From: Myxococcales bacterium
GTDB lineage: Bacteria; Myxococcota; Myxococcia; Myxococcales; Anaeromyxobacteraceae
Assembly: GCA_038320275.1 (NCBI GenBank)
Contig: JBBQEB010000013.1
Location: 1-39,673, forward strand
Reading direction: 5' to 3'
DNA length: 39,673 nt
In this document: positions 28,395-38,058 of the stretch, one piece after another
Layout of the letters: every line of letters starts with the position of its first letter
Position numbering within the stretch: position 1 is the stretch's first letter
The notes under the pieces: generated by a model
Told to the model about the DNA's origin: nothing
Databases searched by the model: none
What the model saw: the letters and a program-made list of their open reading frames with translations, nothing else
Position numbers and translations under genes: made by a program

Positions 28395-28763
28395 ATGGAC
28401 CGCCTCTTCTTCGCGCTCGGCGCGCTCTCCGCCTTCATCTCCGTCGCAGCGGGGGCCTTCGGCGCGCACGCGCTCAAGGCGAGACTGCCCTCCGACCTCC
28501 TGACCGTCTTCGAGACCGGCGCGCGCTACCAGCTCTTCCATGCGCTGGGGCTCCTCGCGGTCGCGTGGGCGTCCACGCGCTGGGGAGGAGGCGCCGTCAC
28601 CGCGGCGGGCTGGCTCTTCGTCGCGGGTACCATCCTCTTCTCCGGGAGCCTCTACGCGCTCGCGCTCACGGGCATTCGCGCCCTCGGCGCGGTGACGCCG
28701 CTCGGCGGCGTGGCGTTCCTGGCCGGCTGGGCGCTCCTGGCCTGGGCCGCCGCGCGGGGTTGA
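28395..28763 (+). CDS. DUF423 (YgdD/TMEM256) membrane protein
   Basis: AGAFGAHAL, FETGARYQLFH, GTILFSGSLY, GAVTPLGG. Confidence 0.93.
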   Translation: MDRLFFALGALSAFISVAAGAFGAHALKARLPSDLLTVFETGARYQLFHALGLLAVAWASTRWGGGAVTAAGWLFVAGTILFSGSLYALALTGIRALGAVTPLGGVAFLAGWALLAWAAARG

Positions 28764-28793
28764 TCTCGGGCGGCACAGCTGCCCGCGCCCTCA

Positions 28794-29108
28794 TCATCGC
28801 TCGAGTGGCAGCCCCGCCGCAGCCCACGCGGCCGTCCCGCCCTCCAGGCTGTAGACCCGCTCGCGCCCCGCGCGCTGGGCGGCGACCGCCGCCGTGAGGC
28901 TCCGCACGCCGTGGGCGCACACGAACAGCACGTCGTCTCGCGGCACCTTCGAGGCTGCGTCGCGCTGCACGTCGCCCAGCGGTACGTTCCGCGAACCCGG
29001 CAGGTGGCCCCCTCCCCACTCGCGCGTCTCCCGCACGTCCACCACGTCGATGCCGCCGCGCGCGAGCAGCTCCTGGGCTTCCGAAAGCGAGACCGGCCGG
29101 ATGGGCAT
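28794..29108 (-). CDS. Single-domain rhodanese
   Basis: VVDVRETREWGGGHLPGS, VCAHGVRS, LEGGTAAW. Confidence 0.9.
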   Translation of the reverse strand: MPIRPVSLSEAQELLARGGIDVVDVRETREWGGGHLPGSRNVPLGDVQRDAASKVPRDDVLFVCAHGVRSLTAAVAAQRAGRERVYSLEGGTAAWAAAGLPLER

Positions 29109-29193
29109 GGCGAGAGCGTTAACCGCCGGGCGCTGGAACCGCCAGGACAGGCCCGGTGGGTTGCGCGGGCGCCTTGTGGCACAGTCTTCGCCG

Positions 29194-30582
29194 ATGGCCG
29201 ACCGGGCTCCGCGCGACCGCTTTCCGCCGCAGATCAAGTACCTCGCGCTCAACGAAGGGTGCGAGCGCTTCTCCTACTACGGGATGACGTCGGTCCTCAC
29301 CGTCTACATGGCCGGGAAGCTCGGCCTGGCGGAGAGCGACGCGGAGTCGAAGTTCCACCTCTTCGTGTTCGCGGTGTACGCGACCCCGCTCCTGGGAGCG
29401 TGGCTCGCCGACCGGTTCCTGGGGCGGTACCGGGTCATCCTGTGGCTCTCGCTCGGCTACGTCTTCGGCCACGCGGTGCTGGCGCTGTTCGAGAGCCGCG
29501 AGGGGCTGTTCGCAGGGCTCGCGCTCATCGCCATCGGAGCGGGCGGCATCAAGCCGTGCGCTGCCGCCTACGTGGGCGACCAGTTCCGGCCGGAGCAGGA
29601 GCACCTGCTCAAGAAGGTCTATGACCTCTACTACTGGACCATCAACTTCGGCTCGACGGCCTCCACGCTGCTCATCCCGGTGCTGCTCGACCGGCACGGC
29701 CCGCGCGTCGCGTTCGCGATCCCCGGGCTCCTCATGGCGATTGCGCTGGTGCTCTTCTGGATGGGGCGGAAGAGCTACCTCTCGGTCCCGCCCACCGGCC
29801 CCAACCCCCACGGCTTCTTCAGGGTGGTGGGGCACGCCCTGCGGCGTCGCGGCGCCGCGCGCCCGGGTGACGACTGGCTGGAGGCGGCGCGCGACCGCTT
29901 CCCCCCGGAGGCGGTGGACGGGGCGCGGGCGGTCTTCCGCATCGTGGCGGTGTTCGCGCCCATCACCGCCTTCTGGGCGCTCTTCTTTCAGTACGGGTCC
30001 TCGTGGGTGCTGCAGGCGGAGCGCATGGATCGCCGCGTGCTGGGCGTCGAGCTGCTCCCCTCGCAGATGTCCACCCTCGACGCGCTCTTCGTGCTGGCGC
30101 TCATCCCCGTCTTCGCGGGGCTCGTCTACCCCGCGCTGGCGCGGCGCGGCCGCGAGGTGACGGCGCTCCGCAAGATGACGGCCGGCATGTACGTGACGGT
30201 CCTCTCCTTCGTTTGCGCGGGGGCGATCCAGCTCGCCATCGACGGCGGCGGCCGGCCCCACGTGGCCTGGCAGATCCTCCAGTACCTCTTCCTCGCCACG
30301 GGCGAGGTGCTGGTGTCGGTGACGGCGCTCGAGTTCGCCTACACGCAGGCGCCCGCGTCCATGAAGAGCGCCGTCATGAGCCTCTGGTATGTGACCATCG
30401 CCGCGGGAAGCCTCCTCACCGCATCGGTCGCGGCGTTGAACCGCTTCCACGGCGCGGCGTACTTCTTCTTCTTCGCGGGGCTCATGCTCGTCGCAGCGGT
30501 GTTGTTTCACGCGATCGCGGCGCGCTACCGTCCCCTGCCCGGCATCGCGCGCGGGACGGCGGGGCTGGGGAGCGCAGCGTGA
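29194..30582 (+). CDS. POT/PTR2 family proton-dependent oligopeptide transporter
   Basis: EGCERFSYYGM (ExxERFxYY), GAGGIKP, YYWTINFGS, EFAYTQAPASMKS. Confidence 0.95.
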   Translation: MADRAPRDRFPPQIKYLALNEGCERFSYYGMTSVLTVYMAGKLGLAESDAESKFHLFVFAVYATPLLGAWLADRFLGRYRVILWLSLGYVFGHAVLALFESREGLFAGLALIAIGAGGIKPCAAAYVGDQFRPEQEHLLKKVYDLYYWTINFGSTASTLLIPVLLDRHGPRVAFAIPGLLMAIALVLFWMGRKSYLSVPPTGPNPHGFFRVVGHALRRRGAARPGDDWLEAARDRFPPEAVDGARAVFRIVAVFAPITAFWALFFQYGSSWVLQAERMDRRVLGVELLPSQMSTLDALFVLALIPVFAGLVYPALARRGREVTALRKMTAGMYVTVLSFVCAGAIQLAIDGGGRPHVAWQILQYLFLATGEVLVSVTALEFAYTQAPASMKSAVMSLWYVTIAAGSLLTASVAALNRFHGAAYFFFFAGLMLVAAVLFHAIAARYRPLPGIARGTAGLGSAA

Positions 30583-30626
30583 CAGCGGAAGTCGGGTCTC
30601 CGCGATGACGCCGCGGAGAGCGCCCG

Positions 30627-30980
30627 TCAGGAGGCCAGGCGATCCGCCAGCCTGAGCATGGTGTCGAGGTCGAAGGGCTTGGAGAGGAACGCCGCCGCCG
30701 CGATGGGCCGGGGCGCGTGCGCGGCGGAGACCACGATGACCGGGACCGACGCGATGCTGGGGTCGCGGAGCTGCTCCTCGCGGAACTCCCAGCCGGTCAT
30801 CACCGGCATCATGAGATCGAGCACCACCAGGTGATGGCGGCAGGCCCGGAGGCGTTCGAGCGCCTCCCGCCCGTTGCTGGCGCCGGTGACCTCGAAGCCC
30901 TCCTCCGTGAAGACGTCGGACAGGGTCTCTCGGATTGCGGCGTCGTCGTCGACGACGAGTACTTTGCGGATGGCGATCAT
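30627..30980 (-). CDS. Single-domain response regulator
   Basis: VLVVDDD, LDLMMPVMTG, SKPFD. Confidence 0.92.
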   Translation of the reverse strand: MIAIRKVLVVDDDAAIRETLSDVFTEEGFEVTGASNGREALERLRACRHHLVVLDLMMPVMTGWEFREEQLRDPSIASVPVIVVSAAHAPRPIAAAAFLSKPFDLDTMLRLADRLAS

Positions 30981-31111
30981 GATTGCGGGATGCGCGGCGT
31001 GCGCTCACCTCATTCTTACCAGCAGAGCCCCGCCAGAGAAATTTTCGGCGCCGACGACGGGGGTGGGCGCCGCGCCGCGTCATCGAGTAGAACGACGGCG
31101 GAGGTGTCCAC

Positions 31112-31606
31112 GTGCTCCTCAAGGAAACCGCGCTGGTCCGGCTGCTTGGCCTGCGCATCCCGGTGCTGCTCTTCCTCGGTCCCCGCGTGCTCGAGCTCGA
31201 CGACGCGGGCTGCGCGGTCTCCATCCCGCTCGGCTTCCGCTCCAAGAACCACCTCGGCTCGATGTACTTCGGTGCGCTCTGCGCCGGCGCCGATCTGGCC
31301 GGCGGCCTCAACGCCTTTCGCGCCATCCAGGCCGGCCACCGCGGCGTGAAGCTCGTCTTCAAGGACGTGCGAGCCGACTTCCTGAAGCGCGCCGACGGGG
31401 ACGTCGTCTTCCGCTCCCGGGACGGCGCCCGGGTGCGCGAGGCGGTGGAGCGGGCCGACGCCACCGGTGAGCGGGTGACGCTTCCGGTGGAGATCCTCGC
31501 CACCGTGCCCGCCAAGTACGGCGAGGAGCCGGTGGCGCGGTTCACGCTGGGCCTCTCCCTCAAGCGGCCTGCGGAGAAGGGCGCAGGGGAGGGTGACTCT
31601 CGCTAA
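31112..31606 (+). CDS. DUF4442 / hotdog-fold thioesterase-like protein
   Basis: SKNHLGSMYFGALCAGADLAGG, VFKDVRADFLKRADGDV. Confidence 0.85.
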   Translation: MLLKETALVRLLGLRIPVLLFLGPRVLELDDAGCAVSIPLGFRSKNHLGSMYFGALCAGADLAGGLNAFRAIQAGHRGVKLVFKDVRADFLKRADGDVVFRSRDGARVREAVERADATGERVTLPVEILATVPAKYGEEPVARFTLGLSLKRPAEKGAGEGDSR

Positions 31607-31615
31607 GGAATCTCC

Positions 31616-32932
31616 ATGCGCCTCCCAGTTCTCGCGCTCCTCCTGTCTGCCGCGCTGCCGGCCTTCGCCGCCGCGCCGTCCACCATCGAGGATGACTGGC
31701 CCCGCGCCCTCGCCGAGGCCAAGGCGAAGGACCTGCCCATCTTCGTCGACGCCTGGGCGCCCTGGTGACACACCTGCCGCTTCATGCGGGCGACGGTCCT
31801 CCCGGACGCGCGCCTGCAGAAGCACGCCGGACGGTCCGTCTGGCTCGCCATCGACACGGAGAACGCGAAGAACGCCGCCTTCCTGGGTCAGTTCCCGGTG
31901 GAGGTCTGGCCCACCTTCCTCATCATCGACCCGCGCGACGAGCGGGCGGTGCTGAACTGGCCGGGGAGCGCCTCGGTCGAGCAGCTCGACAAGCTCCTGG
32001 AGGACGGCGAGCGGAGGGAGCGCGGCGGGGCCGAGGCGCTCCTCGCTCGCGCCGACCAGGCCAACGCCGGCGGCAAGGTCGACGAGGCGCTCGCCGCCTA
32101 TCGTGAGGCGCTGGCGAAGGGCGGGCCAGCCTGGCCGCACCGCGCCCGCGCGGTGGAGTCGCTGGTGCTCCTCGCCTCCACGGGGCAGAAGCCGCGCGAC
32201 TGCGCCGAGATCGCCCGCAGCGAGGGCGCGCAGCTTCCGCGCGGCCCCTCCTTCGCCAACGTGGTAGCGACAGGCCTCTCCTGCGCCGTCGGGGTGCCCG
32301 CGGCAGCCGGATGGCGGAAGGAGGCCATCGCCGCCCTGGAGCCGCTCGCGAAGGAGGCGGTGGAGACGCCTGGGCTCCTCGCCGACGATCGCTCCGGCAT
32401 CTACGAGGCGCTGGCGGATGCGCGCGAGGCTGACGGCGACGCGCAAGGGGAGCGCAAGGTGGCGGAGCGCTGGTGGGCGTTCCTGGAGGCGGAGGGGAAG
32501 AAGGCACAGACCCCCGAGCAGCGCGCAGCGCTCGACACCGGCCGGGTGAACGCCGCGATGAAGCTGCACGACCCGGCGCGCGCGCTCCCGGCCCTCCAGC
32601 TCTCCGAGAAGGAGCTCCCCGGCGACTACAATCCGCCCGCGCGCGAGGCCTATCTCCTGCGCGAGCTGGGGCGCATCCCGGAGGCCCGGCAGGCCGCCTC
32701 GCGCGCGCTCGCACGCGCCTACGGCCCACGCAAGCTGCGCATCTACACGCTCGCGGTCGGCCTCGCCGAGAAGGCGGGAGACGGCGCCGGTTCGGCGAAG
32801 CTCCTCGACGAGGCGATCGCCTTCGCGGAGGGGCTCCCGCTCCAGCAGCGCGGCGAGCGCATCGATCGCGTGGTGGGGGACCTGCGCCGGAAGCGAGCCG
32901 CTCTGGCCGGACCGGCTCAGCGGATGCGGTAG
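31616..32932 (+). CDS. Exported thioredoxin-fold plus TPR protein with in-frame UGA (probable selenocysteine, UxxC)
   Basis: AAGGA RBS; ATG at 31616 gives MRLPVLALLLSAALPAFAAAPSTIEDDWPRALAEAKAKDLPIFVDAWAPW-TGA(31766-31768)-HTCRFMRATV, in frame with ORF 31784-32932; cis-Pro motif WPTF. Confidence 0.88.
31785..31818 (+). promoter_or_regulatory. Candidate bacterial SECIS hairpin
   Basis: Stem TGCGGGCG/CGCCTGCA with inner GTCC/GGAC, starting 16 nt after the UGA; exact fold uncertain. Confidence 0.55.
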
Positions 32933-34140
32933 CGGAGCAGCTTCACCTCCAGGGGGCCGTTCCACAGCTTGTGCGTGATCTCGGGCTTCACGTGCATGGC
33001 GCCCTCGAGCAGTGGGCTCCCGGACAGGAAGACCGCGTTCCAGCCATGGAAGCGCCCCATTGCCTCCGCGAGGCCGCGGTACATGCCCTGCAATTTCAGA
33101 TGGGCGGTGTGGGCCGGGCGGCGGTCGTCGGGATCCCTGGGCTTCTCGGGGCTCCGCTTGCCCTTTGCGCCGGGCCGGCGGCGCTCCTCTCCCTCACCCA
33201 TGAGCCGCTCGCCGTAGGGCGGGTTCATGCACAGCGTGCCCCGGATGAGCTCCGGGTCCGGCTGGAGCTCGCGCACGTCGCCCTTCTCGAAGCGGATGTC
33301 GCCGGCGACTCCCGCCGCGGCGGCGTTGCGCCGGGCCGCGTCGATGGCCTTGGCGAGGAGGTCGCGCGCGACGATGGGCGCTGGAGCGGCGTCGAGGGCG
33401 CTCCGCCGCGCTTCCTCCTTGAGGCGGTCCCAGCGCGACTGCCAGGTGCCGCGGTACTGCGGCCAGCGCTGGAAGCCGAACGGCCGCGACAGGCCGGGCG
33501 CGAGCTTGCGCGCGGCGAGCGCGTGCTCGATGGCGAGCGTGCCCGAGCCGCACATGGGGTCGATGAAGGGGCGGTCGTGCTCCACCTTGCCCAGGGAGAG
33601 CAGGGCCGCGGCGAGCGTCTCCTTGAGCGGTGCCGGCGTCTGCCCCGAGCGGTAACCGCGCCGGTGCAGCGGCTCGCCGGCGAGGTCGAGCGAGAGGTCG
33701 GCCGTGTCGCCCGCCAGGTGCAGCACGAGCCGCACGTCGGGGTCCTTGGGGTCGACGTCGGGGCGAGCGCCGAGCTTGTCGCGAAGGGCGTCCACCACCG
33801 CGTCCTTCACCTTGAGCGCGACGTACCCGGAGTGCGTCATGGCGGAGTCGCGGACGGTGGCCTCCACCGCCAAGGTCGTGCGCGCGGTGAGCCAGGGCGT
33901 CCAGTCCACCGATCGGACGCCGTCGTAGAGCGACGAGGCGTCGCCCGCCGGGAAGGTGGCGAGTGGCAGGAGGACGCGCATGGCGACGCGCGCGTGGAGG
34001 CAGGCGCGCATCCCGGCCTCGAGGTCGCCCTCGAAGGTGACGCCGCCGCGGTCGCCCCGCACCCCCCGCAACTTCAGGGCTGCCAGCTCCCGCCGCAGGG
34101 CCCCTTCGGTGCCCTTGGCGCACGTCGCGAAGAATTTCAT
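32917..34140 (-). CDS. THUMP-domain class I SAM-dependent rRNA methyltransferase (stand-alone RlmL-like)
   Basis: FFATCAKGTE, LHRRGYR, APLKETLAAA, DPMCGSGT, NPPYGERL. Confidence 0.92.
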   Translation of the reverse strand: MKFFATCAKGTEGALRRELAALKLRGVRGDRGGVTFEGDLEAGMRACLHARVAMRVLLPLATFPAGDASSLYDGVRSVDWTPWLTARTTLAVEATVRDSAMTHSGYVALKVKDAVVDALRDKLGARPDVDPKDPDVRLVLHLAGDTADLSLDLAGEPLHRRGYRSGQTPAPLKETLAAALLSLGKVEHDRPFIDPMCGSGTLAIEHALAARKLAPGLSRPFGFQRWPQYRGTWQSRWDRLKEEARRSALDAAPAPIVARDLLAKAIDAARRNAAAAGVAGDIRFEKGDVRELQPDPELIRGTLCMNPPYGERLMGEGEERRRPGAKGKRSPEKPRDPDDRRPAHTAHLKLQGMYRGLAEAMGRFHGWNAVFLSGSPLLEGAMHVKPEITHKLWNGPLEVKLLRYRIR

Positions 34141-34178
34141 GCGGGGGAAGATACTCTACGCCGACCCGAGGAGGACTC

Positions 34179-35579
34179 ATGACCGTACCAGCCCCGACCC
34201 TGCGCGTGGACGATCCCTACACCGGTGAGCCCGCCTGCGAGCTCCCGCTCGCGAGCGAGGCCGACGCGATGCGGGCGGTGGATCGGGCTGCCGAGGCCCA
34301 GCGCGCCTGGGCGCGGGTGGCGGTGAACGAGCGCGCCGAGCTGGTGCACCGCTTCGTCGAGCGGCTCTCCGCCCGGCGCGAGGAGGTGGCGCAGGACATC
34401 AGCCGGCAGATGGGGAAGCCCGTCGCCGAGGCGCGCGGCGAGGTGGGGACGTGCGGCGCTCGCGCGAAGCACATGGCCTCCATCGCCGCGGAGGTGCTGG
34501 CGGACGAGCGGCTGCCGGAGAAGGCGGGCTTCACCCGCTTCGTCGCGCGCGCGCCGCTGGGCGTGGTGCTCGACGTGGCGCCCTGGAACTACCCGCTCCT
34601 CACCGCGGTGAACGTGGTGGCGCCGGCGGTGCTGGCGGGGAACGCGGTGGTGCTGAAGCCCGCCTCCCGCACGCCGTTGTGCGGGGAGCACTTCGCCCGC
34701 GCCTTCCGCGAGGCGGGCGCGCCGGAGGGGCTCGTGACGGCGCTCGTCGCGGGACACGACGTCGTGCGGAAGGTGCTGGCGCGGCCCGAGGTGGCGCTCG
34801 CCGCGCTCACCGGCTCCAACGGCGCCGGCCGCGAGGTCCACCGCGCGGCGGCCGAGCGCCTCCTGCCGGTCATCCTCGAGCTCGGAGGCAAGGACGCGGC
34901 CTACGTCGCCCCCGATGCCGATCTCGCCTTCGCGGTTCCGAACCTCGTGGAAGGCGCCTTCTACAACGCGGGGCAGAGCTGCTGCGGGGTGAAGCGCATC
35001 TACGTGCACGCGGACCTCCACGAGCGGTTCGTGGCGGCTGCCGTGGAGGCCGCGGCCGCATGGGTGCCGGGCGATCCCTCGGAGGAGGGCACCACCCTCG
35101 GGCCGCTCGCGACGCCGGAGGCGACCGGCGAGCTCGCGGCGCAGGTGGCCGGCGCGGTGAAACGGGGCGCGCGGGTCCTCACCGGCGGCGCGCCCACCTC
35201 GCTGGGCGGCCGCGGGCGCTTCTTCCAGCCCACCCTGGTGACGGACGTCCCGCGCGACGCGCCGCTCGCCCAGGACGAGAGCTTCGGCCCGGTGGCCATC
35301 GTGGAGCGCGTGCGCTCGGACGACGAGGCGGTCGCGAGGATGAACGACAGCCGCTACGGACTCTCGGCGTCGATCTGGACCGCCTCGGTGGAGCGCGCGT
35401 CGGGGCTCGGGCGAAGGGTGGAGGCCGGCACGGTCTTCATGAATCGCTGCGACTATCTCGATCCCGCGCTCCCCTGGGTGGGCTGGAAGGCGTCGGGACT
35501 GGGGCTCTCGCTCTCCCGCCACGGGCTCCTCGCCCTCACCCGGCCGAAGAGCTTTCACCTGCGCCTCGCGGCGCGGTGA
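34179..35579 (+). CDS. Aldehyde dehydrogenase family protein
   Basis: PWNYP, LTGS, LELGGKD, NAGQSCCG, ESFGP. Confidence 0.95.
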   Translation: MTVPAPTLRVDDPYTGEPACELPLASEADAMRAVDRAAEAQRAWARVAVNERAELVHRFVERLSARREEVAQDISRQMGKPVAEARGEVGTCGARAKHMASIAAEVLADERLPEKAGFTRFVARAPLGVVLDVAPWNYPLLTAVNVVAPAVLAGNAVVLKPASRTPLCGEHFARAFREAGAPEGLVTALVAGHDVVRKVLARPEVALAALTGSNGAGREVHRAAAERLLPVILELGGKDAAYVAPDADLAFAVPNLVEGAFYNAGQSCCGVKRIYVHADLHERFVAAAVEAAAAWVPGDPSEEGTTLGPLATPEATGELAAQVAGAVKRGARVLTGGAPTSLGGRGRFFQPTLVTDVPRDAPLAQDESFGPVAIVERVRSDDEAVARMNDSRYGLSASIWTASVERASGLGRRVEAGTVFMNRCDYLDPALPWVGWKASGLGLSLSRHGLLALTRPKSFHLRLAAR

Positions 35580-35583
35580 AGCC

Positions 35584-36621
35584 TCACCCGGGTTGCGGCG
35601 CAGGCGCTGCGGCACCTGACCCTCCGGCGCCGGCCTCGAGAGCCCTCGCGAGCCGGGAGACCTCCGCCGCGAACGGATCGAACCGCTCCGGCGACAGCTC
35701 CCGCTGGAGCGCCCGGAAGAGCGTGCCGCGCCGGGCGCGCGCCCGGCGGGCGAGAGCGACGAGCCCCGGGCGGAGGCCGCCCCGCGGCTGGGCGAGCGCG
35801 GCCGCGCCGCCGCCCTCCGCCGGAGCCGGCCGGCCGCCCGGGGCGGGGGGCGCTTCTTCGAGGAGCGCGGCCAGCTCCGCGCCGCGCACGTGCAGGTCGT
35901 GCAGCTCGCCGAGGAGATCCTGCAGCCCCTTCAGCCGCTTCACCGCGTCGCGCGCGTCGACGCCTGGTGTTCCGCGGAGCGGCTCGAGCAGGTAGCGCAG
36001 GCGCTTGCCTCGGATCCGGGCGCGGTGGATTCCCGCCTCGTCCTCGGGACCGCTGGGCGCGTGAAGCCGGGCCTGAAGCTCCGCCAGCGACGAGGCGAGG
36101 AGGCCCGACAACGCGGCGGCGAAGCTCGGCCCCGACCGCCAGCCGCCCTCGTCGATCCGCCGCTCGTAGCGCGACAACCTCCGCGCGAGCTTGCGCGACA
36201 GCGAGGCGTGCCTCTCGAAGAGGCGCTCCCGATCCGCTGCTCCGCCCCCGCGCCGTTCCCCGAGCCTCGCGGCGTAGAGCTCCAGCCCCGGGCGCAGGCG
36301 TTCCGCATCGAGGGAGGCGCGCTGCGTCGCCAGCCAGGCGAGCCCCACCTCGGCGTCTCGCGCCTCGTTCGTTCCCGCGGCGTGCTCGCGGAGGCGGCGC
36401 TCGTCCCTGCGACGGAGGGTATCCCGCAGCCACGGCCGGAACGACCGCAGGGTGCTCCGCAGACGGCGCACTCCGACGCGAAGGTCGTGCAGCGCCTCCT
36501 CGTCGCGGCCTTCCAGCAGTCGCTTTGCCGCCGCGTCCGCCACGCGAAGCTGTGCCAGCGCGATGAGCCGAGCCCCCTCCTCGGGCGGGCCGTCCAGCGT
36601 GTCGTGGCCGAGGGGGCTCAC
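35584..36621 (-). CDS. CHAD domain protein
   Basis: EALHDLRVGVRRLRS, IHRARIRGKRLRYLLE, LQDLLGELHD. Confidence 0.92.
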   Translation of the reverse strand: MSPLGHDTLDGPPEEGARLIALAQLRVADAAAKRLLEGRDEEALHDLRVGVRRLRSTLRSFRPWLRDTLRRRDERRLREHAAGTNEARDAEVGLAWLATQRASLDAERLRPGLELYAARLGERRGGGAADRERLFERHASLSRKLARRLSRYERRIDEGGWRSGPSFAAALSGLLASSLAELQARLHAPSGPEDEAGIHRARIRGKRLRYLLEPLRGTPGVDARDAVKRLKGLQDLLGELHDLHVRGAELAALLEEAPPAPGGRPAPAEGGGAAALAQPRGGLRPGLVALARRARARRGTLFRALQRELSPERFDPFAAEVSRLARALEAGAGGSGAAAPAPQPG

Positions 36622-36936
36622 GCGGGGTGTCTTACCGTCGGGCGACCGCGGTCGCCGGTGCCGGCGTGGTCAGGCGCGCAGGCGTCAGCCTCGGGCCGGC
36701 GGGCGCATCCGTCCAGAGAGCTCCCGGACCCTGCCCCGGGCGCGGTGCGAGGCCGCGAGACCGGCTGAGGGTCGCGGGTAAAGCCCGCGGGGACGGTTCG
36801 GTCCTGAATCGGCCGGTCGGCGCCTGCCGACCTCCGTCGGGTACGCCCGAAAGAGGTGAGCGATGGACGCACACTTCCATACCTACGGGTGCGGTGCTTT
36901 GATGCACCCATTCCTCGTGGAGCCATGGAGTCCATC

Positions 36937-38058
36937 ATGCGCAAGGCCGTCCTGCTGCTCGCGTCGTTGGTCATCGGTTGCGGTAGCAGCGGCGGTACGG
37001 GCGGAGGCGGTGGAAACAATGTGGCCGACGGGGGGAGTGGCACCGACGGCGGGACCATCGGCGGCATGGACGGAGGCAGCGGCACGGACGGCGGGACCGT
37101 GGGTGGCACGGACGGAGGCAGCACCGGCGGTGGCGGCACGACCATCACCGCCCTCTGCCAGACCTCGCTGAGCTCGTTCCGCAACCTCTACACGACCTGC
37201 CTCCACGCGAACCCGGACTTCGTCAACGCCCTCTTCACGGATGGTTTCCTGAGCTGCAACACGACCTCCAAGGAGGTCACCTCCGGTCGCGTCGTCTACA
37301 ACGCGAGCCAGGGCGCCGCGTGCGCCAGCGCCCTCGCGTCGCTCACCTGCGCACAGTTCGGCTCGAGCTTGACGCCCGCGGCGTGCGCGACGGTGCTCAC
37401 GGGCACGGTGCAGACGGGGGGCACCTGCTACGAGGATGACGACTGCGCGGCGGGCACGTGCAGCGCGACGGCGAAAGCCTGTCCGGGAACGTGCCAGCCC
37501 CTCGCCCAGCTCGCCCAGAGCTGCGCATCCTTGACCTGTGCGGGCACGCTGACCTGCTCCGCCTCGCAGGTGTGCGTCGCCCCGTCGGCCGTGAACGGCG
37601 CCTGTCCCTGCCAGGACGGTCTCTGGTGCGATTCCTCCTCGGCGTCCCCCGGAACGTGCAAGGCCCCTCAGACGAGCGGCGCTTGCAACGCGACCAACGA
37701 CGGTCAGTGCGCGCTCGGAACCACCTGCGCGGGGACCGCTTCGCCGACCTGCATGCCGCTCGTCGGGCTCCAGGGCGATTGCTCGGCAGATGCCTCTCTC
37801 TGCGGGTTCGGATACACCTGCGACGTCGCGAGCCACAGGTGCGTGGGCTTCCCCAAGGTCGGCGAGGCGTGCGGCGCAACGAACCCCGTCTGCATCGGTG
37901 GCTTCTGTGACCTCGCGGGGACGCAAAAATGCGTCGCTTACAAGGATCTCGGAGCCGCCTGCTCGCTCCCCGCGGACTTCCTAGCCTGTGGCCTCGGAGC
38001 CAGCTGCGACGCGTCGACCTCCAAGTGCGTCGCCTCGGCGACGTGCCAGGCGCCGTAG
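36937..38058 (+). CDS. Cysteine-rich lipoprotein with GTDGG linker
   Basis: MRKAVLLLASLVIGC lipobox; repeated (G)TDGG; C-terminal Cys-rich repeats (GGTC...C...C, GEAC, GAAC). Confidence 0.85.
   Translation: MRKAVLLLASLVIGCGSSGGTGGGGGNNVADGGSGTDGGTIGGMDGGSGTDGGTVGGTDGGSTGGGGTTITALCQTSLSSFRNLYTTCLHANPDFVNALFTDGFLSCNTTSKEVTSGRVVYNASQGAACASALASLTCAQFGSSLTPAACATVLTGTVQTGGTCYEDDDCAAGTCSATAKACPGTCQPLAQLAQSCASLTCAGTLTCSASQVCVAPSAVNGACPCQDGLWCDSSSASPGTCKAPQTSGACNATNDGQCALGTTCAGTASPTCMPLVGLQGDCSADASLCGFGYTCDVASHRCVGFPKVGEACGATNPVCIGGFCDLAGTQKCVAYKDLGAACSLPADFLACGLGASCDASTSKCVASATCQAP

Noticed and set aside
31766..31768. TGA as Trp (genetic code 4) or a simple pseudogene stop
   Set aside because: TGA terminates many clear genes here (metK, tldD, serS, purQ). 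It falls exactly at the redox Cys position and the rest of the gene is intact, which favours Sec; a pseudogene is not fully excluded.
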